DNA from: a bacterium
GTDB taxonomy: Bacteria > Bacillota > Negativicutes > Veillonellales > Dialisteraceae
Assembly (NCBI GenBank): GCA_963635945.1
Contig: CAVHIJ010000001.1
Location: 31,244-87,064 of the forward strand
DNA length: 55,821 nt
Direction of reading: 5' to 3'
The notes below the pieces were generated by a model that was given only the letters and a program-made list of their open reading frames with translations, ran no database searches and was not told where the DNA came from. Of this stretch, positions 46,450-53,911 are shown one piece after another. A program made the translations under genes and the position numbers. The number at the start of each line of letters is the position of its first letter. Within the stretch, counting starts at the first letter, position 1.

Positions 46450-47934
46450 TTAATGTTTGCTGAGCGCAATGGCTTCGTCGAATTCTTTTTGGATGGTTTC
46501 CGACGGCTGGGCGTCCATGAGGGAAACGACGATGATGGCAATCGTTGCGAAAATGAATCCGGGGACGAGTTCATAGAGGCCGAACCATTCGAATTGCTTC
46601 CAAATGAGTACGGTTAAGCCGCCCGTGATGATGCCGGCGTAAGCACCTTTAAGTGTCATGCGTTTCCAGTAGAGGGAAAGGAGCACTGCCGGTCCGAAGC
46701 AGGCACCGAATCCGGCCCATGCATAGGAGACGATGGAGAAAATGTAACTGTTCGGATCGGCGGCCAGATAGAGGGCGCAGAGCGAAATGGCGAGGACAGT
46801 CGCACGGCTGACGAGAATGAGTTCTTTTTGGCTGGCTTTCGGATGGAAGGGATGGTAAATATCACGCGATACTGCGGAGGCTGTGACGAGAAGTTGCGAA
46901 GATGCCGTACTCATGATGGCTGCCAGGACAGCTGACCAAATGAGCCCTGTGAAGAAAGGCGATGACAAATCGGAAGCCATGATAATGAAGACGCGTTCCG
47001 CATCGGCATTTTCAAGCGGTATCGTAAGGTATGCTTTGCCGATGACGCCTATGGCAATGGCACATACGAGGGAAATAATGACCCATCCCATCGCGATATT
47101 GGTGGATTTTTTGAGTTCTTTCGCATCGCTGATGGCCATGAAACGGACAAGAATGTGCGGCTGGCCGAAATATCCGAGTCCCCAGCCGACGGAAGAGATG
47201 AACATAATGAAATTCATCATACCCGTCGAAGATTCGGGGAAGAAAGAAAAGAAATTTGCACCTTCACCGGCAAGCGCATCCAAAGTCGGCGTCGTGCCGC
47301 CCAAAGAGATGGTTGCCGCGACGGGAATGTAGAAGACGGTGAAGAACATCATGGTTCCCTGAATGAAATCCGTCCAGCAGACGGCGGAAAAACCGCCGAG
47401 GAACGTATAGAAGACAACGACGAAAGCGCCGATGAAAAGCGATGTCGTATACGGGATATCGAAAATTGTATTGAAAAGTTTTCCGGCTGCGACGAATCCG
47501 GATGACGTATAAATAATGAAGAAAATAATAATGCAGACGGCGCAGATGAAACGGAGTCCGTTTTTATGGTCTTCGAAACGATTGGAAAGGTAATCGGGAA
47601 TGGTAAGACTGTTTCCCGATACTTCCGAATACGTGCGCAGACGTTTGGATGTGAAAATCCAATTGAGCCAAGTGCCGACGATGAGGCCGACGCTCGTCCA
47701 GATGGCGGACAGGCCGTGGAGATAAGCAAATCCCGGGAGTCCCATCAGCATCCAGCCGCTCATATCCGAGGCTTCGGCGCTCATGGATGTAAGCCATGGC
47801 CCGAGTTTTCGATCACCCAAGATATACTGGGACAGATTGTTTTGCTTTTTGGAATAATAGATTCCGATGGCCATCATGACGGCGAGATACAGGCAAAAGG
47901 CCGCAATAATTCCGAATTCTCCGTTGTAGTGCAT
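46450..47934 (-). CDS. putP: sodium:proline symporter (SSS family)
   Basis: Start at 47934 follows AAGGAG at 7-nt spacing. 494 aa, about 13 TM helices. GWGLGYFGQPHILVRFMA matches the PutP signature region. Confidence 0.86.
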   Translation of the reverse strand: MHYNGEFGIIAAFCLYLAVMMAIGIYYSKKQNNLSQYILGDRKLGPWLTSMSAEASDMSGWMLMGLPGFAYLHGLSAIWTSVGLIVGTWLNWIFTSKRLRTYSEVSGNSLTIPDYLSNRFEDHKNGLRFICAVCIIIFFIIYTSSGFVAAGKLFNTIFDIPYTTSLFIGAFVVVFYTFLGGFSAVCWTDFIQGTMMFFTVFYIPVAATISLGGTTPTLDALAGEGANFFSFFPESSTGMMNFIMFISSVGWGLGYFGQPHILVRFMAISDAKELKKSTNIAMGWVIISLVCAIAIGVIGKAYLTIPLENADAERVFIIMASDLSSPFFTGLIWSAVLAAIMSTASSQLLVTASAVSRDIYHPFHPKASQKELILVSRATVLAISLCALYLAADPNSYIFSIVSYAWAGFGACFGPAVLLSLYWKRMTLKGAYAGIITGGLTVLIWKQFEWFGLYELVPGFIFATIAIIVVSLMDAQPSETIQKEFDEAIALSKH

Positions 47935-47948
47935 GTGAGGTCTCCTTG

Positions 47949-47986
47949 AAAAAGAAGAAACGGACACCGCAAGAGAGGGTATCCGT
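47949..47986 (-). promoter_or_regulatory. terminator-like hairpin in the putP 5' leader
   Basis: Minus strand: ACGGATACC-ctctcttgc-GGTGTCCGT (9 bp) followed by TTCTTCTTTTT, ending immediately before the RBS. Confidence 0.45.
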
Positions 47987-48020
47987 GGCTTCGTTGCTAC
48001 CTGAAATGTAATTATCTAAT

Positions 48021-48049
48021 ATGATAAAGGATTCATGCGAAATTGTAAA
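48021..48049 (-). promoter_or_regulatory. putP promoter
   Basis: Minus strand: TTTACA, 17-nt spacer, TATCAT. This predicts a leader of about 80 nt. Confidence 0.55.
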
Positions 48050-48119
48050 GCGAAAAATCATTAGAATTTTTTGATTTTTTTCATACATTTTGTGTTATAT
48101 CTGCAGAAAGAATCCGTAT

Positions 48120-48148
48120 TTCCAAAATGTTGCGTGGCATGCTATAAT
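48120..48148 (+). promoter_or_regulatory. candidate promoter of the trmH-family/ACT/hom/thrB unit
   Basis: TTCCAA, 17-nt spacer, TATAAT with extended TG (TGcTATAAT). Confidence 0.45.
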
Positions 48149-48225
48149 AATTTTGTCTCTTCCCAGTGGGCAATCCGCCGGGGGAGCGAAAATCCGGGAA
48201 AATTTTTTATTTTATGAGGGATGCC

Positions 48226-49014
48226 ATGGAGGAGCTTACAGGTCTGTCCGGCCGGCGGGTAAAGCGGGCTTTGGATCTGAAACAAAAAAAATATCGGAAG
48301 CTTTATGGAGAATTCCTCATGGAAGGTGTGCGAAGCGCGGAGGATGCGGTTTCTCAACATATTGAGGGCGCTTCTCTTTTTGTGACGGAGGAAACAGCCG
48401 AAGAGCCTCGTGCCCGTGCCGTGATTTCGGCGGCAGAGGACTTATCTTGGCATGTGTACCGTGTGACGGAAGCGATTATGGAGAAACTTTCGGGGACGGA
48501 GCACGGACAGGGGATGCTGGCGGTGCTTCCGATGCGAAAGAGAGAATTGTCCGAGATAAGAACTCGTCCCGATGACAGATTTGTTTTGCTGGATGCGGTA
48601 CAGGATCCGGGAAATATGGGGACGATTCTGCGGACGGCGGCTGCGGCGGGTATTACCGGTGTGATTTTGACGACAGGTTGTACGGATCCGTATGCTGAGA
48701 AAGCGGTGCGCGCTTCGATGGGCAGTATCTTGAGATTGCCGGTGTATGAAAATGTGACGACGGAGGAATTACGCGCGTTTCTTTTAAAAAGCGGTCTTCC
48801 TTTGGTTGCGTTGACGCTGGAAGGCGGTCGACCGTATCGGGAAATTTCAGAAATCGGGGGTGTCGTTTTCGCGTTCGGAAACGAGGGCGCAGGGATATCG
48901 CCCGAAGTGCTGTGCTGTGCCGAGGAGAAATTATACGTACCGATGCAAGCGGGTGTGGAGTCGCTGAACGTTTCGGTATGTGCGGGGATTATTTTGTTTC
49001 ATTTTACCGGATAA
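48226..49014 (+). CDS. TrmH/SpoU family RNA 2'-O-methyltransferase (RlmB/YsgA-like)
   Basis: SpoU motifs (LDAVQDPGNMGTILRTAAAAG, FGNEGAGIS, ESLNVSV). ATG 48226 lies 5 nt after GAGGGA. ATG 48214 is an alternative start. Confidence 0.85.
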   Translation: MEELTGLSGRRVKRALDLKQKKYRKLYGEFLMEGVRSAEDAVSQHIEGASLFVTEETAEEPRARAVISAAEDLSWHVYRVTEAIMEKLSGTEHGQGMLAVLPMRKRELSEIRTRPDDRFVLLDAVQDPGNMGTILRTAAAAGITGVILTTGCTDPYAEKAVRASMGSILRLPVYENVTTEELRAFLLKSGLPLVALTLEGGRPYREISEIGGVVFAFGNEGAGISPEVLCCAEEKLYVPMQAGVESLNVSVCAGIILFHFTG

Positions 49015-49027
49015 GAAGGAATGTACA

Positions 49028-49480
49028 ATGAAGTATTCGAAAGATAAAAAAGAGTATTATTTAGTGGATTTTGATATTTTGCCGGCGGCGATTAAAAGTA
49101 CGATTCGCGCCAAGCAAATGCTTGAGGCAGGTAAAGTTTCCACCATTTACGATGCCGTCAGGATAACGGGAATCAGTCGAAGTGCCTTTTACAAATACAA
49201 AGACCATGTGTCGGATGCGGCGACGGGAAATGAGCGGGATATACTCACGATGATTGTGATGTTGCCCAATGATACGCAGGTGATGACGCGTCTTTTGCGC
49301 CGTTTGGATAAACTCGATGCGGTGCCGGTTACGATGGAAAAGTCGGCGCCGGCCGGGAAATATATTTCCATGACATTTTCGTTCTTTATCGTAGATCTTC
49401 CGGTTTCTTCCGAAGAATTGGTAAAAGAGGTCAAGGCGATCAAAGGAATTTCAAATGTCATCATAGTGGGTGAGGTGTGA
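49028..49480 (+). CDS. ACT domain-containing protein (UPF0735/PheB-like)
   Basis: 150 aa with MKYSKDKKEYYLVDFDILPAAIKSTIRAKQML, an HTH-like N-terminus, followed by an ACT fold. Confidence 0.78.
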   Translation: MKYSKDKKEYYLVDFDILPAAIKSTIRAKQMLEAGKVSTIYDAVRITGISRSAFYKYKDHVSDAATGNERDILTMIVMLPNDTQVMTRLLRRLDKLDAVPVTMEKSAPAGKYISMTFSFFIVDLPVSSEELVKEVKAIKGISNVIIVGEV

Positions 49481-49482
49481 GG

Positions 49483-50784
49483 ATGAAGGATATCAATATT
49501 GCGCTTTTGGGCTTCGGCACGGTCGGAAGCGGTGTCGCAGAGGCTATTCGTCGGAATGGGGAAGCGCTTTCCGCCGAAATCGGATGCCGGTTGCATCTGA
49601 AAACGGTGCTGGTGCGAAATCCGGAGAAATACGAACATTTGGATGTGTTGAAGGATGTGCATGTCACGACGGATTTTGCGGAAGTCGATGAAGATGATTC
49701 CGTTTCCATCATCGTCGAGGTGATGGGCGGTATAAATCCTGCGAAGGATTATATTTACGCTTCTCTGCGTAAAGGAAAGAATGTTGTCAGTGCGAATAAG
49801 GATTTAGTGGCACTTTACGGTCCGGAAATTTTGCGTTTGGCTGAGAAACATCATGTGAATTTCAGCTGCGAGGCGAGTGTCGGCGGCGGGATTCCGATTC
49901 TGGTGCCGCTCCATGATTCGCTGGCTGCCAATCGCATCGATAAAATTCTCGGTATCGTAAATGGGACGACGAATTATATACTGACACAGATGACGGATAC
50001 CGGAGAATCGTATGAAAACGCATTGGTCGGCGCACAGGAAAAAGGATTTGCCGAAGCGGATCCCACGAACGACGTTTGTGGGTATGATGCGGCGAGGAAA
50101 TTGGCGATTTTGGCGTCTATCGGCTTTCGTGCAAATGCCACGTTTGATGATGTAGTCGTGGAAGGTATCGAAAAAATTACGCAGCAGGATGTGCTCTATG
50201 CCAAAGACATGGGGTATGTAATTAAACTTCTTGCCGTGGCGACACGTGAAGAAGGCGGTATTGCGCTCAATGTCTATCCGGCTTTCGTGCCGAAAGCGCA
50301 TCCGCTCGCTTCCGTAAAAGGATCGTACAATGCGATTTATGTGGAAGGAAACATTGTGGGCGACGTCATGTTTTACGGACGCGGCGCCGGCTCGCTTCCG
50401 ACAGCTTCCGCCGTAATGGGCGACGTTATTGCTACAGCCAAACATATCGTGACGAATACGCAGGGCATCGGCATGATTTTGACGGATACGAAACCCATGT
50501 CCTTCTACTCTTCGCTGAAACTTCGCGATTCGTATTATTTTCGCCTGATTGTCAAAGATACGACGGGGGTTCTGGCGTCCATTGCGCAGGCATTGGCCGA
50601 TCAATCCATCAGTATCAATGAAGTCGTGCAGAAACGTCGCTTTGAAAATTTGGCGGAGCTGATGCTCATCGTGGAAGCGGCACCGCGTGAAAATATTAAT
50701 CGAGTCATCCAAGCACTTTCGGAACTTCCGACAGTGAAAGAAATTGCAAATGTGATAAGGGTACTGCCAAATGGAAACGAATAA
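49483..50784 (+). CDS. hom: homoserine dehydrogenase
   Basis: NAD-binding LLGFGTVGSGV, catalytic region NGTTNYILT, and a C-terminal ACT domain. GTG 49477 is an alternative start. Confidence 0.93.
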   Translation: MKDINIALLGFGTVGSGVAEAIRRNGEALSAEIGCRLHLKTVLVRNPEKYEHLDVLKDVHVTTDFAEVDEDDSVSIIVEVMGGINPAKDYIYASLRKGKNVVSANKDLVALYGPEILRLAEKHHVNFSCEASVGGGIPILVPLHDSLAANRIDKILGIVNGTTNYILTQMTDTGESYENALVGAQEKGFAEADPTNDVCGYDAARKLAILASIGFRANATFDDVVVEGIEKITQQDVLYAKDMGYVIKLLAVATREEGGIALNVYPAFVPKAHPLASVKGSYNAIYVEGNIVGDVMFYGRGAGSLPTASAVMGDVIATAKHIVTNTQGIGMILTDTKPMSFYSSLKLRDSYYFRLIVKDTTGVLASIAQALADQSISINEVVQKRRFENLAELMLIVEAAPRENINRVIQALSELPTVKEIANVIRVLPNGNE

Positions 50785-51703
50785 AATCATTGTAAAGACT
50801 CCCGCATCCACATCCAATCTGGGGAGCGGTTTCGATGTATTGGGATTGGCGCTTTCGCTATACAATGAAGTGCATTTTATTCCGGAAAAAGGGGATTTTG
50901 GGAATGTCACACTTTCGGCCGAAGGCGAAGGACTTGCCATTTTGGCCATGAGCGATGAAAATATCATTTTTCGCGCCATGGAGGAAACGGCAGCCGTTAT
51001 CGGTAAAAAACTTCCGTCCGGGAAAATGCATCTCATCAACCGCGTACCCTTTGCGCGGGGGATGGGAAGCTCTTCGACGGCTATTGTCTCCGGCGTGGTT
51101 TTGGCGAATTATCTTTGCGGATCTCCGCTTTCGCAAAATGAAATGTTGAATATTGCCGCTAAAATCGAAGGACATCCGGACAATGTGGCGCCGGCGCTCA
51201 TGGGCGGTTTCGTCATTTCTATGATGGATGAAACGGGATGCACCTCCGTTAAAGTGCCCGTTTCCGCCGATTGGAAAGCCGTCGTGGTAATTCCGGATTT
51301 TGAGCTCATGACCGAGCACGCCAGAGCGGTCCTCCCAAATTCTTACAGCCGTGCGGACGCCGTGCGCAATATTTCCTGTGTTTCTTTCCTGCTGACGGCA
51401 TTTTTCCGTCAGAACCCGGCGTACTTACGAATCGGGATGCAGGATAAAATCCACGTGCCGTATCGCATTGGGCTCATTCCGGGTGGTGAAGATGTCATTC
51501 GTATGGCTGAAGAAGCCGGCGCTTTCGGCGCGACCATCAGCGGCAGCGGCTCCACCATGATTGCTTTTACCGATTCGGATCATGCCGATGCGGTTGGGAA
51601 AGCGATGCAGGCGGCTTTTGCCGGAAAAGATATGACAAGCCGTGTGATGGTCTTGGATTTTAATCAAAACGGTGCGGAAATTTCCGTCGAAAAAGCGGAA
51701 TAA
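50771..51703 (+). CDS. thrB: homoserine kinase
   Basis: GHMP kinase motifs (PASTSNLGSGFD, PFARGMGSSST). Overlaps the hom end by 14 nt. Confidence 0.93.
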   Translation: METNKIIVKTPASTSNLGSGFDVLGLALSLYNEVHFIPEKGDFGNVTLSAEGEGLAILAMSDENIIFRAMEETAAVIGKKLPSGKMHLINRVPFARGMGSSSTAIVSGVVLANYLCGSPLSQNEMLNIAAKIEGHPDNVAPALMGGFVISMMDETGCTSVKVPVSADWKAVVVIPDFELMTEHARAVLPNSYSRADAVRNISCVSFLLTAFFRQNPAYLRIGMQDKIHVPYRIGLIPGGEDVIRMAEEAGAFGATISGSGSTMIAFTDSDHADAVGKAMQAAFAGKDMTSRVMVLDFNQNGAEISVEKAE

Positions 51704-51717
51704 TTTCTTAAAACGGA

Positions 51718-51751
51718 CGGCGCGTGAGCTTAGAGCTTCGCGCCGTTTTTT
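51718..51751 (+). terminator. rho-independent terminator after thrB
   Basis: CGGCGCG ... CGCGCCG stem followed by TTTTTT. Confidence 0.85.
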
Positions 51752-51775
51752 GCGATTGCAGATGACGGAAATCAC

Positions 51776-51804
51776 TTGACAAAAAAGGCTTTCGTGGGTA
51801 TCCT
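51776..51804 (+). promoter_or_regulatory. tRNA-Pro promoter
   Basis: TTGACA, 17-nt spacer, TATCCT, about 18 nt upstream of the tRNA 5' end. Confidence 0.55.
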
Positions 51805-51822
51805 ATTACATGTAACCGATGT

Positions 51823-51899
51823 CGGGACGTAGCTCAGTTTGGTAGAGCGCTACCTTGGGGTGGTAGAGGTCGCATGTTCAACTCATGTCGTTCCGACCA
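51823..51899 (+). tRNA. tRNA-Pro (anticodon GGG), CCA encoded
   Basis: Hand-folded cloverleaf. Acceptor stem CGGGACG/CGTTCCG, D stem GCTC/GAGC, anticodon stem CTACC/GGTAG with loop TTGGGGT (G37 as in Pro tRNAs). T arm GCATG-TTCAACT-CATGT, discriminator A, then CCA. Confidence 0.9.
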
Positions 51900-51994
51900 C
51901 TTTTTTTATTCTGTTTTTGCATAATAATAATACCTTTTGAAGCTTCGGCGGATTTTTACGTAAATTTTGTTTCCTATAAAAGGAGGTCATTGAT

Positions 51995-52855
51995 ATGAAT
52001 CGTTTGAAATCATTTTTGCTTCTTGCGCTTTTAAGTGCCATATTGGTGGCCATCGGCGGTATGGTCGCAGGTCGGGACGGCGCCATGTATATGTTTCTGA
52101 TTTCTCTTGCAATTAATTTTGTGAGTTACTGGAATTGTGATAAAATAGCGTTAGCGAGTTATCAGGCGCGTGAGCTTACGGAGAGGGAAAAACCGGAACT
52201 TTTTTCTTTAGTGCGTGAGCTGACGGAGAGAGCCGGTATGCCGATGCCGCGTCTTTACGTGATTCCGAGTGATGTCCCAAATGCATTTGCGACGGGGCGT
52301 GATGAGAAACATGCGGCGGTCGCGGTGACGGAAGGATTGCTTTCGATGCTGGATCGCGATGAATTGGCCGGTGTCCTTGGGCATGAGCTTACACATGTGA
52401 AACATCGCGATACGCTTTTGATGACGCTGGCGGCTTCGATTGCAGGTGCGATTTCCTGGATTGCGAATATGGCGCAATGGGCGGCAATTTTCGGCGGAGG
52501 TCGCAATTCCGACGGCGAGCATTCAAATCCTTTGGGATTAATGCTGGTGGCGATTATAGCACCGATTGCTGCGCTTTTCGTGCAGATGGCGCTTTCGCGT
52601 TCGCGGGAATATATGGCCGATGCCGGCGGTGCGGCGATTTCCGGGAAACCGTTGGCGCTGGCGTCCGCTTTGCAAAAACTCGACGGGTATGCGCATCGGC
52701 GTGTGATAAGGGGCGCAGAACCTTCTTCCTGCGGACTCTTCATTATCAATCCGCTCTGCGGTGTACGTTCGTTTTCCACCAATTTGTTTTCTACGCATCC
52801 TTCCACGGAGGAGCGTATAAAAAGACTGCGTGAGATTGCCGCGCAAATGCGGTGA
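51995..52855 (+). CDS. htpX: zinc metalloprotease HtpX
   Basis: M48 family with HELTHVKHRD (HExxH) and four TM helices. AAAGGAGG RBS. Confidence 0.92.
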   Translation: MNRLKSFLLLALLSAILVAIGGMVAGRDGAMYMFLISLAINFVSYWNCDKIALASYQARELTEREKPELFSLVRELTERAGMPMPRLYVIPSDVPNAFATGRDEKHAAVAVTEGLLSMLDRDELAGVLGHELTHVKHRDTLLMTLAASIAGAISWIANMAQWAAIFGGGRNSDGEHSNPLGLMLVAIIAPIAALFVQMALSRSREYMADAGGAAISGKPLALASALQKLDGYAHRRVIRGAEPSSCGLFIINPLCGVRSFSTNLFSTHPSTEERIKRLREIAAQMR

Positions 52856-52891
52856 CGCGGTGTATATTTCTTTTTTAAGGAGGCTTTTCTG

Positions 52892-53305
52892 ATGGCAAAC
52901 ATTGAAAAAACTTTGGTTCTCGTGAAACCCGACGGTGTGAAGAAACACATCTGCGGCGAAGTGATTTCTCGCTTCGAACGCAAAGGGCTTTCGATTCATG
53001 CAATTAAAATGATTCAGGTACCGGAAGAACTCGCCAAGAAGCATTATGCGGAACATGAAGGCAAAGGTTTCTTCAAGGATCTTATCGATTTCATTACTTC
53101 CGCTCCCGTCCTTGCGATGGTCATTGAAGGAGAAAATGCGGTAAAGGCTGTCCGTCAGATTAACGGCGCGACCAATCCTTTGGAAGCGGTACCGGGCTCT
53201 ATCCGCGGTGATTTTGCTACGTCCATTGATGAAAATGTCGTTCATGCATCCGATGCACCGGAGACGGCGGCAAGAGAAATCGCTCTTTGGTTCCCGGAAC
53301 TTTGA
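52892..53305 (+). CDS. ndk: nucleoside-diphosphate kinase
   Basis: 137 aa with TLVLVKPDGV and the active-site NVVHASD. Confidence 0.95.
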   Translation: MANIEKTLVLVKPDGVKKHICGEVISRFERKGLSIHAIKMIQVPEELAKKHYAEHEGKGFFKDLIDFITSAPVLAMVIEGENAVKAVRQINGATNPLEAVPGSIRGDFATSIDENVVHASDAPETAAREIALWFPEL

Positions 53306-53315
53306 GGTGAATGTC

Positions 53316-53819
53316 ATGGCAAAGGTTTATACCCGTACCGGTGATAAGGGTAAAACAAGTCTCTATACCGGGGAGCGTGTTTCCAAAGCAAGTCTTCGTG
53401 TGGAAACATACGGTACAGTCGATGAAGCGGATTCCGTGCTGGGACTCGCCCGTGCTTTTGCGGTTCATGACAAGGTGAAGGACACCATTTATAAAGTACA
53501 GAAAGAGCTTTGGCTTTTGATGGCCGATATTGCCAGTATCGGTAAGGATGCGAACATTCAAGACGCTCACGTGACGGCGATTGAGGAAACAATCGATGCT
53601 TTCGATTCCGAATTGGAACCGCTCAATCATTTCCTCGTCCCGGGCGATGCGAAAAGTGCGGCGGCACTTGATATGGCACGCTCGGTCATTCGCCGCGCGG
53701 AACGGCTGATGTGGAAATTGGGAGAAGAAGAGGATATTCACGAAACGGATTTGAAATATCTGAATCGTCTCTCGGACCTCTGTTTTATTCTTTCGCGGTA
53801 TGAGACCGAAGTGAAATAA
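53316..53819 (+). CDS. ATP:cob(I)alamin adenosyltransferase, PduO type
   Basis: ATG 53316 follows GAGGTGA. VYTRTGDKGKTSL N-terminus. 167 aa helical bundle. Confidence 0.88.
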   Translation: MAKVYTRTGDKGKTSLYTGERVSKASLRVETYGTVDEADSVLGLARAFAVHDKVKDTIYKVQKELWLLMADIASIGKDANIQDAHVTAIEETIDAFDSELEPLNHFLVPGDAKSAAALDMARSVIRRAERLMWKLGEEEDIHETDLKYLNRLSDLCFILSRYETEVK

Positions 53820-53834
53820 TGAAACGGAATAAAG

Positions 53835-53880
53835 AGGCTGCGACTCATGCGGAATCATGGGGCGCAGCCTTTATTTTTTT
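53835..53880 (+). terminator. rho-independent terminator after the adenosyltransferase gene
   Basis: AGGCTGCG ... CGCAGCCT stem followed by a T-run. Confidence 0.8.
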
Positions 53881-53911
53881 TATGTTATAATGACAGGGAA
53901 AAGGAGGCGCT

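Noticed and set aside
47935-48020. T-box (proline) riboswitch in the putP leader
   Set aside because: The leader is only about 80 nt. I found no specifier loop or conserved T-box sequence. It is kept only as a generic attenuator-like hairpin.
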